Of a stretch of DNA of 64,000 nt, positions 1 through 8,994 are shown one piece after another. Numbering within the stretch: position 1 is the first letter of the stretch; every line of letters starts with the position of its first letter. Location: the IMG/VR virus record IMGVR_UViG_3300030673_000009, one strand, 5' to 3'. This DNA is from an uncultured virus (IMG/VR IMGVR_UViG_3300030673_000009) (taxonomy: Duplodnaviria; Heunggongvirae; Uroviricota; Caudoviricetes). Below the pieces are notes generated by a model, which was given only the letters and a program-made list of their open reading frames with translations, searched no databases and was not told the DNA's origin. The position numbers and the translations under genes are program-made.

Positions 1-363
1 CTTCGCATCGCGCTCCACGTCCACCTGGCGCTGCGTGCCGTTCATGTTGAACCACTCGAAGTCCTTGGACACCATCTGGACGCTGACCACGTACTGCTCC
101 AGTCCCGCCAGGTACTCCGCGGCCTTCTGGATCTCGTCGCTGGGGTACTGGCCGCCGACGATCATCTCCACGTACGAGCGCCCCAACTGCCGCTTGGCGA
201 CCTGGATGCGGTCGAGATTCACCAGCGAGTACAGGCCCGTGATGTCCTTCTCAACAATCTGCGCGTAATCCGTCAGGTAGTCGTAGACCACCGAGTCGAT
301 GAAGGCGCAGCCCGCCGCCTCGTCGGCCTTCATAACCTCGACGAAGACATCCATGACGCTCAT
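1..363 (-). CDS. Head-module protein, N-terminal part only (runs off the window edge)
   Basis: Own translation: ATG at 363 with GGGAG upstream, open to base 1 (MSVMDVFVEVMKADEAAG...VDVERDAK); follows ORF 373-1557. Confidence 0.75.
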   Translation of the reverse strand, partial: MSVMDVFVEVMKADEAAGCAFIDSVVYDYLTDYAQIVEKDITGLYSLVNLDRIQVAKRQLGRSYVEMIVGGQYPSDEIQKAAEYLAGLEQYVVSVQMVSKDFEWFNMNGTQRQVDVERDAK

Positions 364-372
364 GAGCACTCC

Positions 373-1557
373 CTAGCTGCGCGAGCCGGGCATGGAGCCG
401 CGGCGTGTGCTGATCTTCCCACTCACCGAGCGGGTCAGGCCTCCAACACGAGGCCTCGGTGTGCGAAGGCCGGCGCCGATCGCACGGGTGTAGTTCGGCC
501 GTGGCATGCGGATCAGGGCCTTGGCCACGCGGTCCCGACCCAGCTCGCCGACAGCAGCACGCTCGTAGGCCTTCGCCTTGATCTTGTTCATCCGCCGCTG
601 CATGCCGCGAGCCGACCGGACATTGTTGGACGCCTCGATGCCGGCCATCAGGCCACCAGCCATGTACGCCGTCGTCGCCAGCCGGTTGCCGGGCTTCACG
701 CCGGACTTCGCGCCCATGATCCCGGCAAGGCCAGCCACCGTGCCGTTGCCGGTGCCCATGCCTACGTCGACGTTGCGACGGTGCTTGAGGTCCCGGTAGC
801 CGCGCTCGGCATCCGTGGAGATGTTCTGGGAGTGCGTGCGCAGGAAGCGGTCCTTCTTGACCACCTCGGGGTTCTTCAGCTTCTGCTGCTTGGCCTCCAG
901 CTTCTGCTGGGCGGCGTAGTTGAACGAGCCCACCGCACCCGTGCCGATCGCCATCGGGACCAGGGCATCCGAGGCAGCCGTGGCATGCGGCTCCATCTGC
1001 GCCAGGCGACGCACCAGGCGGCCATTGGCGGCCTTCGGCACCTTGCGGGCCACATAGTTCGCCGCTCGAGGCCCACGCAGTGCCAGGGCCGTCAGGCCCA
1101 TCGTGCCCGAGGCCAGCGACAGGTCCCGGCCGATCTTCTTGTGATGGACCAGCTTCTTGCGCTCGGAGACCTGCAGGTCGGCCTTGGCCATGGCCTCGCG
1201 TCGCTTGTCCGCCGCCTGCGCCATCGTCGCGTTGCGCAGCACCGGTCGGACCACGTCCCGGTCCATGTTCACCCGATGGACCTCCGTGTCCGGCTTCAGC
1301 AGGTTGTACGCCCCATAGGCCGCCAGCGGGATGCCCGTCGTGCGTGCCGCCGTCGTGGCGATCTTGCCTCCCACACGACGGGCGTGCACCCACCCCAGCT
1401 TCTTCTGCCGCAGTGCCCGGACGACCTTCGGACGCCCTGAGCGCCTCAGGTCCCGCTCGAGCAGCGCATTGCCGCCAGAAGCCGCACCGATCAAGGCGCC
1501 ACCGGCGGCCAGGTTGCCCGTAGCCGCTCGGCGCTGCTCCCGCTTGGACTGGCTCAC
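373..1557 (-). CDS. Basic modular protein with Gly/Ala-zipper segments (putative head-packaged polyprotein)
   Basis: 394 aa, Arg/Lys-rich, repeated Gly/Ala hydrophobic stretches; downstream of portal. Confidence 0.75.
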   Translation of the reverse strand: MSQSKREQRRAATGNLAAGGALIGAASGGNALLERDLRRSGRPKVVRALRQKKLGWVHARRVGGKIATTAARTTGIPLAAYGAYNLLKPDTEVHRVNMDRDVVRPVLRNATMAQAADKRREAMAKADLQVSERKKLVHHKKIGRDLSLASGTMGLTALALRGPRAANYVARKVPKAANGRLVRRLAQMEPHATAASDALVPMAIGTGAVGSFNYAAQQKLEAKQQKLKNPEVVKKDRFLRTHSQNISTDAERGYRDLKHRRNVDVGMGTGNGTVAGLAGIMGAKSGVKPGNRLATTAYMAGGLMAGIEASNNVRSARGMQRRMNKIKAKAYERAAVGELGRDRVAKALIRMPRPNYTRAIGAGLRTPRPRVGGLTRSVSGKISTRRGSMPGSRS

Positions 1558-1820
1558 GGCCGCTGCGCCATCTGCACCGCGAGGGAGTCGAAGTACTCCG
1601 TCGCATCACCGACATGCTTCTTCGCCACATGGAGCGTCAGGCCGATCGTGGCATGCAGGAGGATCACCATCGCCTCCTCGTGAGTCACCTTCTGCTCATC
1701 AGCCTCGTTCAGGAACAGGCCCACAAGAGTCTGCATGTCGTACCAGCGGTTCTGGGTCGCCAGCGAGCAGGCACCCACCGCCGTGCGGTAGGCCATCTCG
1801 CGCAGGTCCTCATTTTGCAC
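1554..1820 (-). CDS. Hypothetical protein
   Basis: C-terminal part of ORF 1554-2102; GTG at 1820 overlaps the portal end; start uncertain. Confidence 0.6.
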   Translation of the reverse strand: MQNEDLREMAYRTAVGACSLATQNRWYDMQTLVGLFLNEADEQKVTHEEAMVILLHATIGLTLHVAKKHVGDATEYFDSLAVQMAQRP

Positions 1821-3576
1821 GGGACTTCCCCTTCGGCTTGGCCTTGCTCTTCTCCTTGGCGTCCAGCTTGCGCTGGGCCATCTCGTGCTCGCGGTCCTCC
1901 GCACGATGAGTGTCCTCGCGCTCGTACTGCTCGCCCTGCTGGGCGTCCTCGCGCATCTGGCCCTCGGCATCCTTGGCGCCCTCGAGCTCAGCCTGCTCCT
2001 GCGCCTGAACGTCCTCGCGCTCCTGTGCGGCCTGCTGCTGCTCGCCATCCACCGCCTGCTGCTCGGCGGACTGGGCATCGGAGATGGCCGGCTGCATGGC
2101 ACTAGTGGGCAGCTGGCCCATCCGCGCCATCATCACCTCCTGCTGAGCCTGGATGTACTCGGTGTTGATCTGCGCGAAGGCCGTGGCCTCCGTGCGCTGC
2201 TGCATCTGCCGGCGACGCTCGATCGCGTCCTTGTCCAGCTGCGGCAGGCGAGCAGCCTCCCGGATGAAGTTCTCCAGGTCACCGTCGGGGAACCAGTTGA
2301 CCCCGGTGCCCGCCAAGGCCGCCATGAACTGCGCCAGCTGGCTGATGTCCGGGGAGTCCACGTCCGTCGGCACGATCGTCGGCAGGGCCTCCGGCCGCCA
2401 GCCGTTCGCCATGAACAGCCGCGGCAGGGCGTGCCGGTTGAGCACGTCGGCGATGTTGTTCGCGATCGAGTTCAGCGACGTCCGGAAGATGCCCGTCTTG
2501 TCGGTGTGCAGGGAGTACGAGCCCACACTCTGGTGGCCGACCAGGATGAAGTCGGCCAGCACCGTCATCAGGATACGTTCCTCGTACCGCTTGATAATGG
2601 CGTCAGTACTGAAGGCTCGCCCACCCCCTGAGCCGAGTAGCTCGAAGCTGTATAGGGGCTGTTTGGTGTCCTGGTCATAAGCCATCGGGAAGACGATGCC
2701 CTCTTGCTCATCCCTCCTGACGCTCTTGACCATCTTCTTGAACGCTTCGACGGTCTTCGCATTCTCGGTGCCCGCTTTCGCACGCAGCATCTCCGCAGGG
2801 ATCTTCACGATCGGGAGTCCCGCGAGGTCCCGCTCGACGCCGATCGCCTCGAACTCCTCGAGGCGCTTCTTCATGAACCACGGGCGGTAGGCGTTGCGCA
2901 GCATGCTGACGCCCTCGGGGTTGCCCTTCGTCTGGCGGTACCGGAACAGCAGCGAGCGCTCGATCGGCAGCGTCGCCGTCTTGTACGTCGGCGGGGCCAG
3001 CTGCACCAGCGCCCGCACGTCACCGGTCTCATCGAAGTTCCAGCGCAGCAGCGTCTCCTGGGCGCGGATCGGCATCTTGCGCCAGCCGATCAGGCCGTCG
3101 GAGAACTTCGAGCGCGTCTTGGAGTCCCGCGTCCACTGGCCGACACGGCGCTTGTACACGATCTCGTGCCAGGACCAGCCGTAGACGTTGGACGTCAGCA
3201 CCTCGGAGATGAAGTCGCTCCACGTGTGCGACATGTCCTGCATGCACTCCTCGACGAAGGTCGCGGCATCCGCGTCCTCCCTCGTCTTGCCCGCCGGGAC
3301 GACCTTCCACTCCACGTTGCGCAGCAGCCGGTCGATCGTGAACAGCAGCGAGCCCACCAGCGGATCGTTCTCGCTCATCTCCTTGAACACCTGGACGGCC
3401 TTGCGGCCACGCAGCTGCGGGAGGAACTCCTCGTCGATGTAGCCGGCGGCCCGCTTCAGGCCCGTGGAGCCGAGCTCCATGAACGGACTGGCTTCCTCGG
3501 CCTCCTTCAAGGCCTCCGCATCCGGCGCCGAGGTATCCCGGACCGATCCCTCACGACGGGTGGTCATCTCGCTCAT
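1810..3576 (-). CDS. Portal protein
   Basis: 588 aa; ELGSTGL...EEFLPQLRG, YGWSWHEIVYK, GNPEGVSMLRNAYRPW, GVERDLAGLP motifs typical of this portal family; charged C-terminal tail. Confidence 0.92.
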   Translation of the reverse strand: MSEMTTRREGSVRDTSAPDAEALKEAEEASPFMELGSTGLKRAAGYIDEEFLPQLRGRKAVQVFKEMSENDPLVGSLLFTIDRLLRNVEWKVVPAGKTREDADAATFVEECMQDMSHTWSDFISEVLTSNVYGWSWHEIVYKRRVGQWTRDSKTRSKFSDGLIGWRKMPIRAQETLLRWNFDETGDVRALVQLAPPTYKTATLPIERSLLFRYRQTKGNPEGVSMLRNAYRPWFMKKRLEEFEAIGVERDLAGLPIVKIPAEMLRAKAGTENAKTVEAFKKMVKSVRRDEQEGIVFPMAYDQDTKQPLYSFELLGSGGGRAFSTDAIIKRYEERILMTVLADFILVGHQSVGSYSLHTDKTGIFRTSLNSIANNIADVLNRHALPRLFMANGWRPEALPTIVPTDVDSPDISQLAQFMAALAGTGVNWFPDGDLENFIREAARLPQLDKDAIERRRQMQQRTEATAFAQINTEYIQAQQEVMMARMGQLPTSAMQPAISDAQSAEQQAVDGEQQQAAQEREDVQAQEQAELEGAKDAEGQMREDAQQGEQYEREDTHRAEDREHEMAQRKLDAKEKSKAKPKGKSRAK

Positions 3577-4262
3577 GCGCTCTTCCGATCATTCGCCTTG
3601 AGCCAGTCACGACTGGCCGTGGGTGACGGACGCCTGGACATCCCGTCCTTGTCCTGCAGCAGGCCGCCCTGGCTGGTCATCGCACGGTAGTCCCGCAGCG
3701 GGCGATGTGAAGGGGCCTGCGCTGGAGGGGCTTCCATCTGCCGCGGCTTCTTAGGCCCCGCCTTGCGTCGCTCCGCCATCACCGCACCGAGCACCCCGAG
3801 GGAGGCACCGGCACCGAGCACGCCGGCACCCACCCGCTTCACCCGCACGCGCTTGCGCCGGATGGCGTCCCCAGCCAGCATCGTGGCGTCCTTGGCCCTG
3901 CCCTCGGCATCCCGGATCGCCGTCTGGCGGTGATGCTCGTCGGCGTCCTTGATCCGCTGGCGCTGGGCGTTCATCTGCTCCGGGCCCATCCGGTACTGCA
4001 CGGGGGCACCGACCGGCTTGCCCAGGTTGTGCCGGGTGTCCTCGTCGAGGATGTCGTGCATCTGCTTCATCCTCGTGCGGGCTCGAGTGGCACCGGCCTT
4101 CGCCTTCGGGGCCTGCGGCTTGCCGTACAGCTTCGTCGGGTCGTACGGCTGGCCCTTGGGCATGCTCGAGGCGTGAGCCATGATCCCGCCACCCGTGGCT
4201 GCTATCGCCCCGCCCACAAGAGCAGCATCACCCCAGCGATTGGGCCGGCGATCGGAGGGCAT
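3573..4262 (-). CDS. Basic protein with two Gly-zipper segments
   Basis: AALVGGAIAATGGGIMA and VGAGVLGAGASLGVLGAVM flanked by Arg/Lys runs; stop overlaps the portal start. Confidence 0.75.
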   Translation of the reverse strand: MPSDRRPNRWGDAALVGGAIAATGGGIMAHASSMPKGQPYDPTKLYGKPQAPKAKAGATRARTRMKQMHDILDEDTRHNLGKPVGAPVQYRMGPEQMNAQRQRIKDADEHHRQTAIRDAEGRAKDATMLAGDAIRRKRVRVKRVGAGVLGAGASLGVLGAVMAERRKAGPKKPRQMEAPPAQAPSHRPLRDYRAMTSQGGLLQDKDGMSRRPSPTASRDWLKANDRKSA

Positions 4263-4323
4263 GGAGGACCTTTCGTTGGCAACACCACAAGGCTACGGGC
4301 TGACAGGTCCGGGTGCCCGTACC

Positions 4324-4743
4324 TCAGGCGCTGACGTTGAGCTCCCCGTACGGCGTCCACGCGGACCACCCCAGGTACTTCAGGCCCCACCGCGGGAACG
4401 TGCGAGGGGCGTAGTCGATCTTGCCCTGGCGCACGTAGTCGTTGCTCAGGCACTTGTCGTGCGTCTTGATGCCAGCCGCGATCGCCACGTGCCCGAACTG
4501 CCCGCCCGAGTAGTACAGCAGTGCGCCTCGAGGCGCCTGCGACGGCGAGCCACCCACGTGCTTGTGCTGGCGGGGGATCTTGTTCCACGCGCTGATCGCG
4601 CTCGGCGCCCATGCCGGCACCCCGTAGGCGCTGCGGCAGTGCGACTGGCACATGCCACGCCACGACCGGGTGGGGTGGGCGATCTGGCCACGGCTGAACG
4701 CCATGACCTCGGCCACGGTTCGCTTGAGGTACTTCGGAGCCAT
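4324..4743 (-). CDS. Endolysin, CHAP/NlpC-P60-like Cys-His peptidase
   Basis: GMCQSHCRSAYG...SAISAW...GHVAI and YLGWS motifs; next to holin. Confidence 0.75.
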   Translation of the reverse strand: MAPKYLKRTVAEVMAFSRGQIAHPTRSWRGMCQSHCRSAYGVPAWAPSAISAWNKIPRQHKHVGGSPSQAPRGALLYYSGGQFGHVAIAAGIKTHDKCLSNDYVRQGKIDYAPRTFPRWGLKYLGWSAWTPYGELNVSA

Positions 4744-4859
4744 CAGCCCTCCACCGCCTCGTCGTCCTGGACCGCCTGGTCGATGAACTTGCCGGTGCCT
4801 TCCTTCGCGATCGGGGTGTCCTCCGGGTCTACCCCGGACACGATCTTCACTGTCGTCAC
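4743..4859 (-). CDS. Small acidic peptide (38 aa) in lysis cassette
   Basis: AAGGAGACC RBS, GTG overlapping the holin stop, TGATG coupling to the lysin. Confidence 0.55.
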   Translation of the reverse strand: MTTVKIVSGVDPEDTPIAKEGTGKFIDQAVQDDEAVEG

Positions 4860-5056
4860 TTGGTCTCCTTGTCGGGCGGTGTGAGGTTGTTCAACGCGAG
4901 CGTCGGCGTCAGGATCGCACCGACGACGGCGATCCACAGCGGGGCCATGTTGCTCGAGATGGCCCCGTAGGCCACCAGCAACGGGATCAGCACCACCGAG
5001 ATGCCGTACAGGTACTTGCGATGCTCGCGATCGGCGAACCAGTTCATGATGGTCAT
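4856..5056 (-). CDS. Holin (two TM helices)
   Basis: RKYLYGISVVLIPLLVAYG...LWIAVVGAIL pattern typical of actinophage holins. Confidence 0.8.
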   Translation of the reverse strand: MTIMNWFADREHRKYLYGISVVLIPLLVAYGAISSNMAPLWIAVVGAILTPTLALNNLTPPDKETK

Positions 5057-5093
5057 CCTCTCTGATTATGTGACTGGATGTGACACGACACGC

Positions 5094-5987
5094 TCACTGG
5101 AACTTCGCCAGGGTCGTGGTCCCCGCGCCGGTCGACTGGAACGGGATGCCCAGCACGCTCGGGTCGCCGTGCACCCCGTAGGCGTACCAGTAGACCCGTG
5201 CCACGGACAGGTCGTTGGCCGCCTGGTCCGTCGCCGGGATGCGCTGAGCGATCGCCGCATCCGGCATCGCACCGCCCAGCAGGTTGTACGTCGTCTCCGT
5301 CACCCACAGCGGGCAGTTCGGTGCCGCCAGCCGCTTCAGCTCGTCCTTCCAGTCCTGCACGTAGTAGCGCCACCGCGCCGGCATGAAGCCGATCTCCGGG
5401 TAGATGTGAGCGGTATGGATGTCCACCGGCCAGTCGTAGTGCTTCAGGGCCTGCAGGTACTTGCTGCCACGGTTCATCCCCGGCACGCCGAGCGTGGAGT
5501 TGCGGGGCAGCACCGGGGCACTCACGATCGAGGCCTTCGGTGCCCGGGCCTTGATGATCGTCTTGGCCCGCAGCGTCATCACCCCAAGCCGGTCGATCGT
5601 GGCGATGTCCTTCCAGAACGGCACCGCAGTCGGCTCGTTCCAGATCTGATAGCTGGAGATGCGGCCCCTTGCCGCCGTCACCACCGCCACCAGGAAGTTG
5701 TCCCAGTCCACCAGGTCCTTCGGCGGGGAGTTGGATGCCGGGCCGATCCACGACGCCCAGCCCGTCTCGGCCGGATTCGTCGCCGCCCACTGCGGAGTCC
5801 CCGACAGCGTCAGCATGAAGTTCGTTCCCGGATGGGCACTCAGCACCGCCTCGAGCACGCTGAAGTCGTAGACGCCCCTCGCCGGGTTCATGTGCGCCCA
5901 GTCCAGGCCGATGTCCCACAGGCGGATGTACTTGTCCTTCACCGGCCAGTAGTCCTTCGACAGGCAGACGTACCCGTGGATGGCCAC
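5094..5987 (-). CDS. Clan GH-A glycoside hydrolase (GH39/GH5-like TIM barrel)
   Basis: IRLWD, GTPQWA, YQIWNEP (acid/base Glu), HIYP, LWVTE (nucleophile Glu). Confidence 0.85.
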   Translation of the reverse strand: MAIHGYVCLSKDYWPVKDKYIRLWDIGLDWAHMNPARGVYDFSVLEAVLSAHPGTNFMLTLSGTPQWAATNPAETGWASWIGPASNSPPKDLVDWDNFLVAVVTAARGRISSYQIWNEPTAVPFWKDIATIDRLGVMTLRAKTIIKARAPKASIVSAPVLPRNSTLGVPGMNRGSKYLQALKHYDWPVDIHTAHIYPEIGFMPARWRYYVQDWKDELKRLAAPNCPLWVTETTYNLLGGAMPDAAIAQRIPATDQAANDLSVARVYWYAYGVHGDPSVLGIPFQSTGAGTTTLAKFQ

Positions 5988-6139
5988 TACTCCTCCTCGG
6001 GCTGATCGTCCTTCGGCTTCTTCTTCAGGTACTTCTCGGTGATCCGAGCGATGTAGCCCTCAGGAAGCAGGACATCGACCAGCCGGGTGATGATGACGAT
6101 CGCGGCACCGATGACAAGCGACCATTGGCTGTCACTCAT
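5987..6139 (-). CDS. Small single-TM protein (50 aa)
   Basis: Own translation MSDSQWSLVIGAAIVIITRLVDVLLPEGYIARITEKYLKKKPKDDQPEEE; fills the gap with coupled start/stop. Confidence 0.7.
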   Translation of the reverse strand: MSDSQWSLVIGAAIVIITRLVDVLLPEGYIARITEKYLKKKPKDDQPEEE

Positions 6140-6566
6140 CTCCGTACGCCAAGTGCCAGTGCCACTTGTGGTCGAAGCGCTCCAGCGCGTAGGCGCCGAT
6201 GATCCCGATGAACCAGCCGACGGAGAAGTACACGCTCAAGGACGTGGCCCCCTGCTCCAGCAGGTACAGCGAGGCTCGTGAGCCCCACACGCCTGCCGCG
6301 ATCAGCAGGCCCCAGTCGTGGATGTCATCGTTCTTCAGCACCCAGCCCAGCAGCAGCAGGCCCGTCGCGGTGAAGGCGAACCCGCCGGTGAACCAGTCGG
6401 CCACCGCGCTGCCCGGCCCGGTGTGCAGGCCCAGGTACTGGATGCCCACGATGGTGGTGGTGAACATGATCGCGAAGGAGAACGGCCTGATGCGCCGACC
6501 GAAGATCTTCCACGGCAGTTCCACGCCCCGAGCCATCATGGGTTCATTCTCCCAAGGGATGGACAT
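6132..6566 (-). CDS. Membrane protein (about 4 TM), possible lysis accessory
   Basis: Four hydrophobic segments; in lysis cassette. Confidence 0.7.
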   Translation of the reverse strand: MSIPWENEPMMARGVELPWKIFGRRIRPFSFAIMFTTTIVGIQYLGLHTGPGSAVADWFTGGFAFTATGLLLLGWVLKNDDIHDWGLLIAAGVWGSRASLYLLEQGATSLSVYFSVGWFIGIIGAYALERFDHKWHWHLAYGDE

Positions 6567-6579
6567 GATTGCCCTCAGA

Positions 6580-6837
6580 TCACGTGGCGAACTCCTCATG
6601 CACGTGCTCGGCCGGCGTGCCCGCGGCCATGTGCTCGATGGTGTGCTGCAGGGAGCCGATCACGCCATTGGCGAAGTCGATCTCGATGCGCAGCCGCACC
6701 ACCTCGTCGTTCAGGATGCTCACCTGCTGGCGCAGCCCGTCGATCATCACCACGTCGGGCACGCCAATGCGCCGTGCGATCTCCACCACCTGGGCCTCAG
6801 TGGGCTCGGGTGCCTGCTCTACTGCCTGGTCAGTCAT
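6580..6837 (-). CDS. Small coiled-coil protein
   Basis: AAGGAGACCAGATG start; heptad-like LRQQVSILNDEVVRLRIE. Confidence 0.7.
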   Translation of the reverse strand: MTDQAVEQAPEPTEAQVVEIARRIGVPDVVMIDGLRQQVSILNDEVVRLRIEIDFANGVIGSLQHTIEHMAAGTPAEHVHEEFAT

Positions 6838-6846
6838 CTGGTCTCC

Positions 6847-7356
6847 TTAGACGATCTTGAGCACTGAGGCTAGCAGCGTGAACGTCGCCGCCGCCGTCTT
6901 GATGATCGTGTAGCCGTACAGGTTGATCGCACTGGCATCCCCACTCGTAGGAGCCGTGCCGCCCACCCACTTGGGCGTCTTGGCCGAGCCGTCGATCGTG
7001 TAGGCGCTCGGGTAATACGGAGTGGCCCCGTTGGTGACCAGATGCGTCACCGTGAGGACGTCACCGACAGCCATCAGCGAGTCCAGCGACTGCCCCGAGC
7101 TGCCACGGAAGTTCGTCGTCCAGTTCGCCGAGCAGTTGACCGTGTGATACCACACGGCCGAGGTGTTCACGTCCAGATGGTTGGTCGCCGAAGGCGCCGC
7201 CGCGACGATGTTGCCCCTCTCGAGCGGGGTGATGAACGCCAGCTGGCTGCTGAAGTTCGCCGTCCACACACCATTGGCCGTTGAGTAGATCCACGACCGG
7301 CCGCCGACGGTGTACACCTGCCCGTCGGTGGGGCTGTTCGGGAAGTCAATGGCCAT
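6847..7356 (-). CDS. Tail fibre/virion accessory protein
   Basis: MAIDFPNSPTDGQVYT N-terminus; KWVGGTAPT domain shared with 14278-14982. Confidence 0.75.
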   Translation of the reverse strand: MAIDFPNSPTDGQVYTVGGRSWIYSTANGVWTANFSSQLAFITPLERGNIVAAAPSATNHLDVNTSAVWYHTVNCSANWTTNFRGSSGQSLDSLMAVGDVLTVTHLVTNGATPYYPSAYTIDGSAKTPKWVGGTAPTSGDASAINLYGYTIIKTAAATFTLLASVLKIV

Positions 7357-7374
7357 GGGCTCATCCTCTCGCTG

Positions 7375-8991
7375 TCACAGGCCGAACCGGGCGCGTGACG
7401 CGTTCCAGTTCTGGGCCACCTCAGCTGCCGTCAGGGCACGGGAGTAGATCCGCACGATGCCGTAGTCGCCCGGGGCATAGTCCGGGTTGTCCCAGCGCCG
7501 GCCGATGCGCACCTCAGCAGCAGAGGACGCCGGTGTCGCCGTGCATGCTGACTGCACCGGGGCCGCGTTGTTCTTGTACAGGCTGAGGTTCGCTCCGTCG
7601 TAGGTGAGCACGAGCTGGTACCAGCTGCCCGCAGCCACCGTCACCGTCGGAGTCTGGTACCACGCACCGTTGTAGAATCCGGAGATCACCTGCCCGGACA
7701 CCCCGTTGTAGTTGATCGCATAGTTCACGTAGCTCGGGTAGTAGTCCGAGACGAATGCTCCGTTGTTCGCCGGCAGGCTGACGGGCTTCACCCACACCTC
7801 GATGGTGAAGCGAGTCAGCACGGAGATGCCGGGCAGCCTCATGAACTCGGCATCATCGAGGGTGATCACCCCGCCGGCAGTGGCCGCGAACGCCGGGGCT
7901 CCTGTGTCCGTGGACGTGAGCGCATGCCGGTTGTTGCCGGAGATGTCCGTCCACTCGTTGGCCGCCGCCGACAGCGGCTTGGAGGCGTCTAAGTGCGTGA
8001 CCAGGGAGTCCAGTACCGGCAGTTTCGGAGGAATCGAGATGTAGGGGTAGCGGATCGCTACGAGTCCGCTTCCTCCAAGGCCTGTGACCGGGCTCCAGCT
8101 GGCTGCCGAGTCCGAACCGGAACCACCTCCTCCGCCACCACGGCCATTCATGCCTGGGATGCCGTTGTTGGCCAGCGAACCACGCCCAGCCCCACTGGAC
8201 GCTGAGCCCGGAGTTCCCGTGCCCCGCTTGCCTCCGCCTCCGCCCGAGCCGAACAGCAAAGGCACGCCCAGCAGGCTGGAAACCACTCCTGCTCCACCCA
8301 CTCCGCCGTTGGAGGTCGAGCCGGCCGTCCCCACAGCACCGGCCCCGCCGCCACCGCCGCCGGAGACCAGGTTGCCATCCACGGTGGAGCCGTTGCCCGT
8401 TCCTCCGTTGAAGCCTCCCGTGCCCGTGCCTCCGGCGACCGTGCCTCCGTACCCGCCGCCTCCGCCACCACCCGAGGCTCCATTCCCTCCTGCTCCGGCC
8501 AGGCCGGCCATGCCTCCGCCCGCTGCCGTGTGAGCATTGAAGACCGAGGAGCCGCCCGGGGCGTTGCCGCTACCGTCGTTGAGTCCTCCAGCGCCCACAG
8601 TGATGCCGAACGACCCCGGTGACAGGGTGTCGATGCCCGTCAGCACCCTTCCGCCTCCACCACCACCGGTGGACTGCTGGAAGCAGGATCCTCCGCCACC
8701 GCCTCCACCCACGACCAGGTACTCGAACGGAATGGTGGCCGGAGCCCTCGAGGTGAGCGTGAACGTGTTGGAGCCCACGGCAGAGAACACATGGGTCCGG
8801 TACTGGCCATCGTCGATGATCGTCCCGCCTGAAGCGACCACGGCAGGCAGCTCAGCCAGCATTCCCCAGGACTCGTTGACCGCCGGAGGAACGTAGAAGA
8901 ACAGGTCCGGGTCCAGCCATGCCGTTGGATCCAGCAGCTCGGAGAACCAGCTCTTGATCCTCAGGATCGAGCTGGACAGGTACGCAGGCAT
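7375..8991 (-). CDS. Glycine-rich virion protein with C-terminal LamG/ConA-like domain
   Basis: YLVVGGGGGGG...GGSGLVAIRY Gly-rich domain; FTIEVWVKP, WYQLVLTYDG, RIYSRALTAAEV. Confidence 0.85.
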   Translation of the reverse strand: MPAYLSSSILRIKSWFSELLDPTAWLDPDLFFYVPPAVNESWGMLAELPAVVASGGTIIDDGQYRTHVFSAVGSNTFTLTSRAPATIPFEYLVVGGGGGGGSCFQQSTGGGGGGRVLTGIDTLSPGSFGITVGAGGLNDGSGNAPGGSSVFNAHTAAGGGMAGLAGAGGNGASGGGGGGGYGGTVAGGTGTGGFNGGTGNGSTVDGNLVSGGGGGGAGAVGTAGSTSNGGVGGAGVVSSLLGVPLLFGSGGGGGKRGTGTPGSASSGAGRGSLANNGIPGMNGRGGGGGGSGSDSAASWSPVTGLGGSGLVAIRYPYISIPPKLPVLDSLVTHLDASKPLSAAANEWTDISGNNRHALTSTDTGAPAFAATAGGVITLDDAEFMRLPGISVLTRFTIEVWVKPVSLPANNGAFVSDYYPSYVNYAINYNGVSGQVISGFYNGAWYQTPTVTVAAGSWYQLVLTYDGANLSLYKNNAAPVQSACTATPASSAAEVRIGRRWDNPDYAPGDYGIVRIYSRALTAAEVAQNWNASRARFGL

Positions 8992-8994
8992 GGC

